A stretch of 64,000 bases of DNA, taken from positions 128,001 through 192,000 of the forward strand of contig CAWANJ010000009.1 in assembly GCA_963783385.1 (NCBI GenBank), in the 5' to 3' direction. Under the pieces are notes generated by a model. That model had not been told where the DNA came from. It saw only the letters and a list, made by a program, of their open reading frames with translations, and did not search any database. The position numbers and the translations under genes were made by a program. Shown piece by piece: positions 19,519 to 31,523 of the stretch. The stretch comes from an uncultured Gemmatimonadales bacterium. GTDB lineage: Bacteria > Gemmatimonadota > Gemmatimonadetes > Palauibacterales > Palauibacteraceae. Numbering within the stretch: the stretch's first letter is position 1; every line of letters begins with the position of its first letter.

Positions 19519-20049
19519 GGGGGCACCGTTCGGCTTGCGCTTGTGAACCGCGAATCCGAAATGTGCTTCGGAAGGGAGCTACAGCGTTAACCTGCCCCAG
19601 ATCCTCCCATCGCTACGGTCAATCGTAGCCACGAATGTCTGCCTCCTTGACCGAGCTTTACCAAGCCGGTCCGTCTCCATGTCGTGGACAATGATGTGCT
19701 GGTGGTGCCCTGAGTGCGATTCCGGTCTGCGCGGCGGCTGAGCCGCGGTGCCTTGATGCGGTGCTGCAACAGGGCTCGATTTTGGGGCATCACGCATAGG
19801 CAAGGCGGTCCGGGCTCCATCGCTCCTGACCACAGGTCCTGTCCAGATCGAAAGACGTGCCTTGATAAGGCTTTTCACGGTAACCGGAAGGTGACCTCCA
19901 ACCGGAAAGTAGTGGGCCCCGTGCTGCGGCACGGGATTTTCGGTTGCGGATGGACTCGAATCTCCCTTCTGAGTGGCCTAACGCTGTGCCACCGTCTCAT
20001 GGGATTCAGTGGAATCCTCTTGCGCTTCTCGGACCTGGAGTCGCCTTCC

Positions 20050-22443
20050 GTGACCAATGTGCCTCAACCACCAGTGAAGGGAGGCGGGAGCGACTTTCCG
20101 GCGGATGTTCGCCCTCGCTCCTACCTGCAGCGTGCCCCGCTCGGAAACACGTCCGGACTCGATCCGAGAGACGTGGCCTCGGTGTTGTGGCGTCGACGGT
20201 GGATCGTTGCCGCTGGGTTCTTCGGTGTCATGGCCGCCGTGGTCACTGTAACACTGCTTCTACCGAAAAGATACGAGTCTTCCGCTTCCTTTCTCGTGGA
20301 GCCTCGAGGCAACCCAGGAAGCGGTGCCGCCCTGGACGTGCTCCAGCGCATGGACCGGGTACAGAATACCGAGACCGAGGTCTCCTTGCTCACTGGACGA
20401 CGCGTGGTAGAGCCGGTCGTCGAACGCCTCAAGCTCAACGCCAGTTTCGAGACCTCCGGAAGGTGGGTCGCGCCAGATTCTGTCCTCGACGGCTTCGAGG
20501 ACTCCCGAAACGCGGTGTCCGGAGTCTACTTACTCAAGTGGTCGAACGGGGAATATCGAGTCCTCAGTGATGCATCGAAGCAGGTATTGGCTCGTGCCGA
20601 ACCTGGAGAGCGACTCGGCTTCGCCAATGTGAGCTTTCGAGCACCTTCAAAGGGGTCCGCGACGACTGGGAGACTCCGTATCCTGCCCTTCGCTCAGGCC
20701 GTTGACGAGACGAGGAGCCACCTCGAGGCCAAGCCGGTCGAGCAGCAAGCGGACCTGATCAATCTCACGTGCACCGGTCCCACACCGGCGTCATCCCTGG
20801 CTCTGTGTGGGAGTGTATCCGACAGTTACTTGGAGTTGCGGTCGGAGCTCCAGCGCGCGGAAGCATCAGCGGCGGCCAGCTTTCTTCAGGACCAGGTCGT
20901 CCAGGTCCATTCACAACTGTCGACTGCGGAAGACAGCCTCCAAGCGTACGAAGAACGGGGCCGTGCAGTGGCGCTCAAGGAGCGGGCCAATGAGGAAGTC
21001 AGGCAATATGCAGATTTGCGGGCACAGCGAGAGCAGTTGTCCGCCGAGCACCAAGCTCTGGCGTCTTTGATCGAGCAGATCCGAAGCGGCGATGCGGATC
21101 CTTCTGCGTATAGGAAGCTGGCGAGCTTCCCGACGTTTCTTAAGAACCAGAACAACGTGGTGGCTACGTTAGTCGAGAGCCTTGTGGAGCTTGAGAATCG
21201 CCGGAGCGACCTTGCGGTTAAGCGCAAGGATGCGAACCCTGAACTGGCAGCCTTGAACGCCCGGATCGTGCAGATTGACGACCAGCTCCTTTCAGTGGCG
21301 ATGAGTTACGACCGCTCTCTACAGGCTCAGATCCAATCTCTCGGACAGGCTCTTGAAGACCACGGCCAGGAGCTCTCCACCATACCGGTCAAGGAGATCC
21401 AGGTCTCGAGACTTCGCCGTCAGGTCAATGTGCTAGAGAAGCTATATCGATTCCTTCAGACACGGCTCCAAGAAGCTCAGGTTGCCAAGGCGGTAAAGCT
21501 CCCGAACGTGAGGATGGTCGACAGGGCATCGCTGCCCTACAAGCCCTCCTTCCCGAACACGCCACTTAACCTCGTTCTCGGAGCGGTTCTCGGACTGGGC
21601 ATGGGCCTCCTTGGGGCTCTGTGGCGGGAGTATGCGGATGACAAGCTTCGGGACCGGGATGAGGTCGAGGGAGCCGGAATCCCAGTCCTCACCATGGTTC
21701 CGCGTGTTCGAGGGCCGGTCGCGGAGGTAATCACAGTCGAGGAAGGGAAGACCGCGATCGCCCCGCCAAGAGAGAACGGAAAGTCAAGGACGGACCGGGT
21801 AGCCGAGGAGGCTTTTCGGAGCCTGGCCTTCGAGCTCGAGGCAGCTGCTCGAAGGATCGAGAACGGAGATCTTCGATCCGTCGCCATTACGAGCTCGGGT
21901 CGCGCGGAAGGAAAGACCTTCTGTGCATGCAATCTCGCTGTCCAGGCTGCCTGGCTGGGGAAGCGGACGCTGCTTGTGGACTCGGACGCACACGCGCAGG
22001 GGGTTTCCCGTTGGCTGAAGCTGGCAAGAGGTCGAATCGGTCTGGGTGAGGTGCTACGCGAGGGCGCCGATCCCAATGTGGCTATCCAGACGATCAGCGT
22101 GGGTGGGGGCCAGACTCTCGACGTTCTGCAGTCTGGAAAGCCCCATCGCCGGTCTGCGTGGCTTCTGAGTCCGTCGCTCAAGTCGCTGATCATGACAATG
22201 AGCACCCGGTACGACCTGGTGGTCATCGACACGCCGCCCCTCAACGTGTTGAGTGATGCTGCGCAGGTGGCCAGCGCCGTAGATGGCGTGATTGTAGTGG
22301 TTCGAGGTGGGGTCACGGAGCGCAATGGATTTGACCTGACAATGCAGAGGCTTGAAAGGGCCGGGGGGCGACTGGTCGGGGTCGTACTGAATGATATCGA
22401 TTTGCCAGACTACTATACGAGCTACAGCGGAGTGACTGAGTGA
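20050..22443 (+). CDS. wzc: Wzc/GumC-like polysaccharide co-polymerase with BY-kinase domain
   Basis: LWRRRW plus TM1, periplasmic coiled coils, TM2, Walker A ITSSGRAEGKT, VIDTPP, C-terminal YYTSY. Start uncertain. Confidence 0.88.
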   Translation: MTNVPQPPVKGGGSDFPADVRPRSYLQRAPLGNTSGLDPRDVASVLWRRRWIVAAGFFGVMAAVVTVTLLLPKRYESSASFLVEPRGNPGSGAALDVLQRMDRVQNTETEVSLLTGRRVVEPVVERLKLNASFETSGRWVAPDSVLDGFEDSRNAVSGVYLLKWSNGEYRVLSDASKQVLARAEPGERLGFANVSFRAPSKGSATTGRLRILPFAQAVDETRSHLEAKPVEQQADLINLTCTGPTPASSLALCGSVSDSYLELRSELQRAEASAAASFLQDQVVQVHSQLSTAEDSLQAYEERGRAVALKERANEEVRQYADLRAQREQLSAEHQALASLIEQIRSGDADPSAYRKLASFPTFLKNQNNVVATLVESLVELENRRSDLAVKRKDANPELAALNARIVQIDDQLLSVAMSYDRSLQAQIQSLGQALEDHGQELSTIPVKEIQVSRLRRQVNVLEKLYRFLQTRLQEAQVAKAVKLPNVRMVDRASLPYKPSFPNTPLNLVLGAVLGLGMGLLGALWREYADDKLRDRDEVEGAGIPVLTMVPRVRGPVAEVITVEEGKTAIAPPRENGKSRTDRVAEEAFRSLAFELEAAARRIENGDLRSVAITSSGRAEGKTFCACNLAVQAAWLGKRTLLVDSDAHAQGVSRWLKLARGRIGLGEVLREGADPNVAIQTISVGGGQTLDVLQSGKPHRRSAWLLSPSLKSLIMTMSTRYDLVVIDTPPLNVLSDAAQVASAVDGVIVVVRGGVTERNGFDLTMQRLERAGGRLVGVVLNDIDLPDYYTSYSGVTE

Positions 22444-23150
22444 ACTCCTGTGGTGACTGCACCGACTCCCAGACTCCGGCGACCATCCTAGTTCGGTCCC
22501 GGATTTTGCGACTGCGTAGCTTGATCGCGGCTCTGGCAGTCGGGTTGGGTGCGATGGGATGCGCGTCCGGCGGTCCGCCGCCTGATGGGCTGGCACTAGT
22601 GACCAACATGTCTTCGCCGGGTGCGACACCCCTTGAGCCTGGTGACGCCATCCAAGTGTCCTTCTCTCGAGAGTCCGATCAGAGCGGGCAGTACGAAATC
22701 GACGAGGCCGGCCGGGTTTCCCTTCCGTTCCTCAATGTCTGGAACGTGAGGGGCATGGCACCGGACAGTCTTCGAACCACGCTTCTAACTGCCTACCATG
22801 CTCAGCTTCGCAATCAGACGATTGAGGTCCGTCTCTTACGGAGAGTCCGCGTGCTGGGGGAGGTGCAGAAGCCGGGTCTCTATCTAGTCGACGGAACCAT
22901 GACCCTCGCTGACTTGGTGGCCAAGGCTGGCGGAGCTACGGGTAATGGCAACCTAGAGCACGTGCGGGTCTATCGAGGCGCGAAGAGGACCCAAGCCGAT
23001 CTGCGAACCGGTGCGTCGGCGTTTAAGGAGCTCCACTCGGGCGATCAGGTCTACATACCCGAGAAGAGTTGGCTCTCTCGGCACTCCGCGACCGTCATCG
23101 GCGCCGTGATATCAGCGGCGGCGGGCCTGGTTGTTGTTCTGACGCACTGA
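22440..23150 (+). CDS. wza: Polysaccharide export (OPX/Wza-like) lipoprotein with SLBB domain
   Basis: Lipobox AMGC, LEPGDAI, GRVSLPF, VLGEVQKPGLY, AKAGG, LHSGDQVYIP. Confidence 0.85.
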   Translation: MNSCGDCTDSQTPATILVRSRILRLRSLIAALAVGLGAMGCASGGPPPDGLALVTNMSSPGATPLEPGDAIQVSFSRESDQSGQYEIDEAGRVSLPFLNVWNVRGMAPDSLRTTLLTAYHAQLRNQTIEVRLLRRVRVLGEVQKPGLYLVDGTMTLADLVAKAGGATGNGNLEHVRVYRGAKRTQADLRTGASAFKELHSGDQVYIPEKSWLSRHSATVIGAVISAAAGLVVVLTH

Positions 23151-23151
23151 C

Positions 23152-24593
23152 ATGTCCTCACTTTCGAGTGCAGTCGCGGTCAGGCTGCTGGTGGTGATGG
23201 ATCTTCTGGGGCTTCTCGTCGCCACGCTCGTTGCGACGCTGGGCTTCTTGCCCGAAGTCAATGCGCGAACGGTCGGGGACTTCCTGTCCCTAAGATTGAA
23301 GATCCAGAACGGCCTGCTCACCCTCTTATTGCTAGCTGGCTGGTTCCAAGTCTTTCAGGTACTGGACTTGTATGAGGAAAGGGTCTGGAGCAATCCCCTG
23401 GATTCTATCGGCCGTCTAACTCTGGCCGCCGGATCGACGGTAGTCCTCTTCACATTGGTAGCTTTGGTCTTCCACATCCCAATGGCAACGCCGCTGTTTG
23501 TCGCCATCTTCGGTGCGATCTCCCTTCTCTTTCTGGTCGGAGACCGTGTCCTACTGGCGCGAATCGTGGCTCCCATATTTTCCCGGGGCACGAGGAGCAC
23601 CTCGTACTCATTGTGGGAAGTGGCCGACGTGCGGCAGAGGCTGAATCGCGCCTTAAGGCTCAAGCTGGAACCCATCCTCGGATCATCGGGTTCGTCAATG
23701 AGCATTGGGAAGGGGTCGATGAAATGAAGGCGCTAGGCTACGAGTTCTTGGGAAGCCTAAGCGACTTTTCTAGAATCATTAGCGAGCGGGTTGTCGACGA
23801 AGTGGCGTTGTGCCTCCCCCTTCGATCTCGCTACTCCGAAGCCCGGGAGATTCTGAGGGATTCTGAGCAGCAGGGGATCTCGGTGACAATGCCTGGAGCC
23901 GTGTTCGATTCATCCGTGGCCACGGCGATCGTCAAGTCGAACGGCGGAGATCCATATATCGCATACCATACTGCGGGCATTGGGTCCGCGGGGGCGATGG
24001 CGAAGCGCGCCATGGACCTCGTGTTGGCGACTCTAGCTCTGGTCGCAGCATCTCCACTGTTCCTGATTCTCCCCATGCTCATCCGGCTCAATTCGCCCGG
24101 ACCTGTGTTCTTCGTGCAGGATCGGCGAGGTCTTCACAAGCGAGTCTTTAGAATTGTGAAGTTCCGGACTATGTATGAAGATGCCGATCGCTGTATCGAG
24201 CAGTACCTGCACCTGAATGAGGAGGACAGAGAGGCCTTCAAGATCCGAAATGACCCGCGAATCACTGGGATCGGGTCACTGGCTTCGGCGGACGGGTCTC
24301 GACGAGTTACCGCCGTTTCCTGAATGTCCTAAAGGGCGACATCGTATCGGTGGGCCCACGACCGCTCTTCAACTTTGAGTTTGCGAGGGTGACGGAGCCG
24401 CAATTCTGCGGCGCCAGAGTGTGAAGCCTGGGATAACGGGGCTGTGGCAGGTCAACGGCAGGAATGACATCGCATTCGTTGCTCGAATCGAGCTGGACCT
24501 GCGCTACGTGGATGAATGGAGTCTGTGGTTGGATATCAAGGTCCTCTTCAAGACAATTCCGGCGGTCTGCGCACCGGAAAGGGGGCAATGTGA
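23152..24593 (+). CDS. Priming polyprenyl glycosylphosphotransferase (WcaJ/WbaP-like), several frameshifts
   Basis: Pieces in different frames: N-terminal TMs; KRAMDL..SPGPVFFVQ.R.G...FRIVKFRTM; DPRIT; GLDELP.FLNVLKGD..VGPRP; KPGITGLWQV.GR...LDL.Y...WSLWLD. Confidence 0.88.
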
Positions 24594-25420
24594 GGAGCGC
24601 TCCCGACGTGACCGTGGTTATCGTCAACCACAACACCGTCGAGGATCTGAGGCGCTGTTTCACCTCTCTTCGGGAATCCGAGCACACGTGCAGCTTTGAG
24701 ATCCACGTCGTCGACGGCGTCCTCCCTCACACCGATGGTGGCTCAGGACGAATGGTGCGCGAGGAGTTTCCCGACGTCCGCTTGCGGTGAACACAGGAAC
24801 GTCGGTTTCGCGAAGGGCAACAATCCGGTGGTTCCCGAGGCCAGTCGGTCCGAGTTCGTTTTACTGCTCAATCCCGATACGATCGTGTACGATCATGCAC
24901 TGAATACAAGTCTCGTCGAATTTCTGAGGCGGTCGCCAGACGTGGGGATGGCGACGTGTCGGTTGGTGCAGGAGGAGGGCACGCCTGGATCTAGCCTGTC
25001 GGCGGACCTTCCCGAACACGTTGAATGGATTGTGTCGCGCCTTGGGCCTGGCGGAACTCTTCCCCAAGTCGCCGACCTTCGCGCGCTACAACATGAGTAC
25101 CTCAATGAAGATGCACTGGCCGAGGTCAATGCAATAGACGGAGCGCCATGGGGGGGGGGGGGGGGAGAGACCATGGAGCAAGGAAAAACGACGTACGCGG
25201 AAACCCACGATCATCCATTTCAAGGGGCGCAGCAGCCGGAAGAACAGTGACGCAATGATAAGGGCGTTCTCGAGTGATGGAGATATTGTCCGGAAAGGTG
25301 TACCGACCGCGCTACAATCCTCTAGCCTATGCATCGACGATTTTCGGAATGATCTGGAAATGGTTGGCTCTAATGAGGAACGCGATTCGATCTGAGGGAC
25401 GTAAGCGGGTTCGTCCGTGA
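24590..25420 (+). CDS. GT2 glycosyltransferase (WbbL/rhamnosyltransferase-like), frameshifted, with the central part replaced by a G16 run
   Basis: DVTVVIVNHN, NVGFAKGNN, LLLNPDT; after the poly-G, IIHFKGRSS and a plausible C-terminus ending in a GTGA overlap. Confidence 0.75.
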
Positions 25421-26871
25421 GTGAGCGCGAGCGGCTAGGAGGGTTCGATGCCACCTTGACTGGGGATGTGTTGCCCATGTTGGGGCTCGGTCTGGTTGCT
25501 GGAGGCGTGTTTCTCGCCATCGAGTGGCTGGCCGGCTGGCAAGCGGCAATCGTGGCGTTGATAGGGCTTGTAGCGCTCGGCGGCGCTTTCTCTCGCTCGA
25601 GTTCGGAGTCGGTCTCCTTCTGGCCCTCGTGATTCTTTTTGGCCGAGGTATTCTGTTCACGGTCGAGGTACCGTTCCTCGGTGGAGGCCTGAAACCGACG
25701 GACCTGATTCTCGTGAGCGTCATCGCGGGCTGGCTCACACGGTCTTCGGTTTCGAGGAAGGCCGCGCGACGCCTTCCCCCTGCCGCCGCGACCTGCTTCT
25801 CGTGTTCGTGGGGTGGGCGGTGGTGAGCGCCTTTCTGGGCATGGCCCGAGGTAACTACTACAAGGACGGTCTCCTGGAGTTGAGACCGCTGCTCGTTTGG
25901 CTCCTCTTATTCCCATGGTCAAGGAATTGAGTGTGGCCAGCGTTCGGCGGCTGTTCTGGCTCGTCGTGGTGGTGGCGGTCCTGGCCGGCATCCGAGCGAT
26001 CGTGCTCTATGTACTCGGCCGCGGAGCGCCGGCGAGCTCTACGGGGGGTGGCGTTCGGATCAGGAGCGTCGGTTTCGCCTACCTCCTGTTCGCATTACTT
26101 CTTTGCCTCAGCGCCTTTATGGCCGATGCGGGGAAGAGAGCCCGGAGCGCAATCCTCGGACTCATAGCGCTAGGCGGTCTGGTCGTGACCTTCCAGCGCA
26201 TGCGGCTATGGCCCTTGCCGTGGCAATGGTACGGTCCTCTGGCTCGCGGGTATCTCGAGCGCCGAAGGATATTGGGCTACGGGGCCCTATGTCTGGCCGT
26301 AGGTGGTGCGGTTTACACTTTGACTGCCACAGCTGGCTCTAGCATACCGAACCCGATCACGGCTCTTGCCGGTCGCTTGAGTCGATTGGCCGGTTCCACC
26401 AGGACGTATCGGCCATCCATAGGCTCCGGGAATGGCATGCGGTGGCCGGCCAAGTCGCATCGGCGCCGCTTCTGGGAAACGGTCTGGGAACGCGGGATCA
26501 GTTCTGGAGCCCAATGTACAACCCGGTCACTCATCCAATGGGATACCTGAGCAACGACTTCTACATTCACAACAGCTATTTCTGGATCGCCGATAAGCTG
26601 GGGATTCCTACGTAATGGTGTTCGTCACACTGGTGGGCTTGGTGGGCCGCGAGGCGCTGGCCGGCCTGCAGCGCAATCGTGTGAGCATGGCCGAGCGAAC
26701 GCTCCTGTTGGGCATGGTCGGTTGCCTCAGCGCTTGGTGCGTCATTTCGTTCTTTGGTCCAATGTTCACAACGGACAGCATGGCGCCGTTCGTCGCGCTA
26801 TGCTTCGGAGGAGTGTTCGTCGTCGGAATGCGGTTGCGCCCCGTGGCTCCCGGAGATGCGTGTCACCGTGA
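25417..26871 (+). CDS. O-antigen ligase/polymerase (Wzy-like) membrane protein, frameshifted
   Basis: Many TM segments across ORF pieces; YIHNSYFWIADKLGI motif near 26560-26610. End approximate. Confidence 0.7.
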
Positions 26872-28083
26872 GGCTCCTTCTCTTCGATTGGACGGACGGC
26901 GGCCATCACAGACGCTACCTCCGCCGCTTCGCCAGTGCTCTCCAGAACCGTGTCGAGCTCGTCATCGCGGCCCCTGAGGCGGTGTGTGCTGGAATGGCCG
27001 ATTGTCGTGTGGCTTTCCATCCAATTTCAGATTCGCGGCCCATGGTCGATAGTGAGCGACCACGCGGACGCCAGCATAGAGAGTTCGCCGCCCGAGAGCT
27101 CGGACACCTTCTCGCGCCCTGAGCGAGGTTGGACCCGATCTGGCAGTTCACATGTACGGTGACCCTGTTTTGCGCTGGCTGGTTTCTCACGAACAACTAT
27201 CCACGCCTCTCATCCTCTGCATCTTCTTCTATCGCTCCCACTATCCTACCGCCTTCGGGGACTGGCTGGGAATCAAGGAGTATGCCCGGGCCGTGCACCA
27301 GGCATATCTGCTGCGCCAATGGCACACTCGTGGAGACTGCGCGGGAGTGTTACTTACCGATCCGGTTGCAGTGAGACGGTTACGTAGGCGTCACAGGCGT
27401 CACATACATTGGCTGCCCGAGCCCCCCGTTCCAACCGGCACCAGTCGGCCTGACTGGAAGGAGCGGAGAGGTTGTGTGCTCTTCGGCGCACTGGCCCCGA
27501 GGAAGGGAATCGAGCGCCTGGCACGAGCAGCAGTGAATGGCGACCTAGAGGAAGAGGTCGTTCTAGCCGGAGCCGTGGAGCCCGGATTCGAGGATCGCTG
27601 GGGAAGCTGGTGGAGGGCATGCGCCAGGCAGGAGTACACGTGGATCTCCGGGACAGGTGGCATGGCGAGGATGAGGCGCTTGAGTTGCTAGGTCAGGCTC
27701 GCTGTGTCGTCTTGCCGTATCCGAGGCACTACGGCATGTCGCGGGTGCTGCTGGAGGCCGCAAGCGTTGGTACGCCGGTCGTCGCTGAAGACTTCGGACT
27801 CCTTGGACACCTGGTTCGTTCGCAGGGACTCGGACGCGCCGTAGATACGGGCGATCCTCGGTCTCTCTCCCGAGCTATCGCCGAGATCGAAAGCGGAGGA
27901 GCTGATCCGGAGCGGGAGCGCCGGCTCACCGCGTTTGCCGCGCAGTGCTGCGAGACGCGGTTTGCCGCAGCTCTGTCTGCTGCGCTCGGATTGGACCCGC
28001 GCTCGATATCGGGTGCACTCTGCGTGAACGTGGAGGCGAGGCCATTGATTCGACCTTGCCCGGGCGAGTGCCGTTCACCGTAG
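26868..28083 (+). CDS. GT4-like glycosyltransferase, frameshifted into about 3 pieces
   Basis: LLFDW..GGHH..Y; [11 protein letters not shown]; VVLPY....[17 protein letters not shown]. Confidence 0.8.
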
Positions 28084-28117
28084 GCGACAGGCTGAGCAGT
28101 TGCGAGGAGACTGGAGA

Positions 28118-29206
28118 ATGAGTACAGCCTTGGTCACAGGTTCGGCAGGCCTCATCGGATCGGAGGCGTCGCGTTACTTCCACGCTGGTGGCCGACGGGT
28201 GGTCGGCATCGACAACGATATGCGTGCAAAGCTGTTCGGAGGCGAGGCATCGACAGCCTGGATTGCCGAAGATCTGAGTCGAAGTCTGTCGCGTTATCGA
28301 CACGAGAGTCTGGACATCCGGGACGCTGAGGCCGTGGACGGCCTCCTAGCGGAGTTGGGTACGAGCGTGGATCTAATCATCCATACGGCGGCCCAACCCT
28401 CCCATGATTGGGCAGCACAGGATCCGATGACCGACTTCTCCATAAACGCTAAGGGCACTCTGGTGCTGCTGGAGGCGGTCCGTCGTCACGCGCCTCAGGC
28501 GACTTTCATCTTTACCTCGACTAACAAGGTATACGGAGATACACCGAATCGTCTGCCGTTCGTTGAGGAGGAGACGCGCTGGGAGTTGCCCGAGGATCAC
28601 GAATGGTACGGTGGGATTCCCGAGACAATGAGCATCGATCACACGAAGCATAGTCTATTCGGGGTCTCGAAGGTAGCGGCGGACCTTCTCGTGCAGGAGT
28701 ACGCTCGCTATTTCGGTCTCAACACGGTGGTGTTCCGGGCAGGTTGTCTCACGGGACCGGCTCACGCCGGCGCTGAGCTGCACGGCTTTCTCGCCTACCT
28801 GATGAAGTGTGTGGTAACGGGGACTCCATACACGGTCTATGGCTACAAGGCGAAGCAAGTACGTGACAACATACATGGTGCGGACCTCGTTCGTGCTTTC
28901 GATCTGGTCTCAGAGGCACCTCGACGAGGAGCTGTCTACAATATCGGTGGCGGACGCTGCAGCAACTGCTCCATGCTCGAGGCTATCGGTTTGTGTCAGG
29001 AGATTGCGGGTCGGAAGCTGACGTGGACCTATGACGAAGAGCATCGGATTGGTGATCACATCTGGTGGATTAGTGACCTGTCCAGCTTCCGCGCCGACTA
29101 TCCGGGGTGGAAGCTCGACTACGCGCTCGAGGACATTCTCCGCGAGATATTCGAGGCGAACGTCGGGCGCTGGTCGGCCGAGCATGCGAGGACGGGGGGG
29201 GGGTGA
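28118..29206 (+). CDS. NAD-dependent epimerase/dehydratase (CDP-paratose 2-epimerase-like extended SDR)
   Basis: [45 protein letters not shown]. Confidence 0.88.
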   Translation: MSTALVTGSAGLIGSEASRYFHAGGRRVVGIDNDMRAKLFGGEASTAWIAEDLSRSLSRYRHESLDIRDAEAVDGLLAELGTSVDLIIHTAAQPSHDWAAQDPMTDFSINAKGTLVLLEAVRRHAPQATFIFTSTNKVYGDTPNRLPFVEEETRWELPEDHEWYGGIPETMSIDHTKHSLFGVSKVAADLLVQEYARYFGLNTVVFRAGCLTGPAHAGAELHGFLAYLMKCVVTGTPYTVYGYKAKQVRDNIHGADLVRAFDLVSEAPRRGAVYNIGGGRCSNCSMLEAIGLCQEIAGRKLTWTYDEEHRIGDHIWWISDLSSFRADYPGWKLDYALEDILREIFEANVGRWSAEHARTGGG

Positions 29207-30432
29207 AGTGTCTGATCTTGACTCCTTATGTCCCGTATCCACTCGACGCGGGAGGTAAGGTTCGAATCTACCACCTTCTCGCGGGCCTAGCGAGACGTCA
29301 TGAGATTAATGTGCTGGCGCTTGACCTGAAGGGCGCAAGCGGGCCAGCCGACCTACGGCGGCTGGAGTCCCTGGGTCTCCGGGCCGAGAAGGCGATCCAG
29401 GTGAGAGGCCGCCTCTCGGCCGTGGGGAGGGCCGTGGCGAGACGTTCGTCCGTCTATAACGCGCTTCACTTCAGCCGCGAATACGCCGCCGCGCTTCGAC
29501 GGAAGCTGAACGAGAGCCGCTTCGACCTTGTTCAGTGTGAATTCCACTACATGGCCCAGTACCGGGACCTCTTTCCCCCGGCCCAACCATGGGTCCTAGA
29601 CGCGCACAACGTGGAGGCTCGTGTGAGCGAGACGCTGGCTCGAGTCGCTGCACGCCGGTGGGACGTCCTCTATCACTTGTATGCGCGCCGAGAGCGCGCT
29701 CGCAAGGGTCGCGAGGAGCGAAGCGCCTGTCGCGCTGCCCACCACGTACTCGCGGTCTCTGAACCCGATCGGCGGCGTCTCCTCGACATGGTGCCGGAGG
29801 CGAGAGTCTCGGTGGCTCCGAACGGAGTCGATACAGCGAGCTTTAGACGTCCGGGAGACGTTCCCGAATCCTTGTTTCCGACCGGAGTCTTTGTCGGAGC
29901 CCTCCGGTATCGTCCGAACAGCGACGCCGTCGAGTGGCTCTGCCGGGATATCCTACCGCGCATCCGACGAGAGATCCCGGACTTTCGATTAGTAGTCGTC
30001 GGAGCCGACGCTCCGCGCCAGATTGAGGACCTGGCCACTGAGGATTCGGCAATCCAGTTGACGGGACGAGTGCCCGACGTGCGGCCCTATCTTGCCAGAG
30101 CCACGGTTGTCCTCGTCCCTTTGAGGGCGGGCAGCGGGACCCGGCTCAAGATCTTGGAGAGTCTCGCTATGGAATCCGCGGTTGTTACGACCGAACTGGG
30201 ATGCGAAGGCATCGAAGTCACGGACGGAGAGGACCTTCTCATTGCCAATACCCCATCTGACTTTGCCGGAAAGGCCATTGAAGTGTGCCGGAATCCGGAA
30301 CTCAGGCACAAGCTAGGGTCGAATGGACGTTGTCTCGTGGAGCGTCGTTACGATTGGGCACAGGCCGTGGACCAGGTCGATCAGATCTGGCGCGAGGTCG
30401 CCGCGCGAAGCGATTCTGCGAGAGCGGTGTGA
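29203..30432 (+). CDS. GT4 glycosyltransferase
   Basis: PYP...[33 protein letters not shown]. Confidence 0.88.
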   Translation: MKCLILTPYVPYPLDAGGKVRIYHLLAGLARRHEINVLALDLKGASGPADLRRLESLGLRAEKAIQVRGRLSAVGRAVARRSSVYNALHFSREYAAALRRKLNESRFDLVQCEFHYMAQYRDLFPPAQPWVLDAHNVEARVSETLARVAARRWDVLYHLYARRERARKGREERSACRAAHHVLAVSEPDRRRLLDMVPEARVSVAPNGVDTASFRRPGDVPESLFPTGVFVGALRYRPNSDAVEWLCRDILPRIRREIPDFRLVVVGADAPRQIEDLATEDSAIQLTGRVPDVRPYLARATVVLVPLRAGSGTRLKILESLAMESAVVTTELGCEGIEVTDGEDLLIANTPSDFAGKAIEVCRNPELRHKLGSNGRCLVERRYDWAQAVDQVDQIWREVAARSDSARAV

Positions 30433-31523
30433 CCCCCCCAAAGGCCGTGGAGCCTCGCACGTCCCTCGTCCTGACGGTTCGAAACGAAGCCAGCTCGTTG
30501 CCGGCCTTCCTGGCTTCGCTGGATGGACTCGTGTGTGGGCCCAGCGAGGTCATCATCGTCGACGGCGGGTCGACCAATGCGACCATGGACTTGCTGCGTG
30601 AGTTTGTGGCAATGCGACCCTACGTGGGGGTCCTGCAGGCCGACGGTGCCACCATCTCCCAGGGCAGGAACATCGCGATTGGGCAAGCGAGGGAATCCGT
30701 TGTCGCGGTCACGGATGCCGGCACCCTCCTCGCTCCAGACTGGCTTGAGCTCCTGGTGCGGCCGCTGCGTGAAGAGCCCAAAGTGGACGTGGCGGCCGGA
30801 TTCTATGAGGCTGGCGGGGAGACTCGGCTGGAGCGCTGCATCCCCACCATCATCACGCCCAACTCCAGATGAGATCCTCGGACGTTTCTTCCGTCCAGTC
30901 GTTCGATTGCGTTCCGGCGAGAGTGGTGGGAGCGCGTGGGCGGGTATCCTGAGTGGCTGCTCTACTGCGAAGACCTCGTCTTTGATATGGCACTCAGGTC
31001 CGCTGGGGCGCGCTTCGTATTTGTGCCCGAAGCCCGGGTCACCTGGCGGGCACGGTCAACGCTGAGGGCATACGCCCGACAATACTTTCACTATGCGAGG
31101 GGAGATGGGCACGCCCTGCTATGGACGGCTCGACATGGGGTGCGCTACGCCGCATACGCCGCGGGCATCGCACTCCTGATCCTGAGTCCGGGTCAGCCCG
31201 TTTTGCTCCTCGTACTGCTGGCTGGGATTGCCCTCCATCTGGGCAGGTTTGTTCGCCGTGTCTGGAACCGGCAGTGGCGAGGTGGGCTCTTGGATCGTCT
31301 GGTTTGCTATGGGCTTACGGTCCTCGTCGTACCGATCGGCGATATATCGAAGATGCTCGGATACCCGGTGGGTCTGGTCGAGAGGTGGTTGGCTGGTGGC
31401 CCACCCGGGCTGCGTCGGCGGTTCTCGGGGGTCAGCGAAGTGCTGGAGGTCGGTCCGTCCCGGTCGGTTGTCAGGAAGCCGGATCGAGCGGCAGGTCTGA
31501 GTCACAGAAGTGAAGATCGGTGA
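30429..31523 (+). CDS. GT2 glycosyltransferase, frameshift near 30860-30890
   Basis: TVRNEA, IIVDGGSTN, GRNIAI, VTDAG; second piece GGYPEWL.YCEDLVFD. Confidence 0.85.

Noticed and set aside
19714-20049. N-terminal extension of Wzc, and similar extensions of susC, susD, CocE and rmlA in the ORF track
   Set aside because: Downstream starts have RBSs and match the expected N-termini; the extensions look non-coding.
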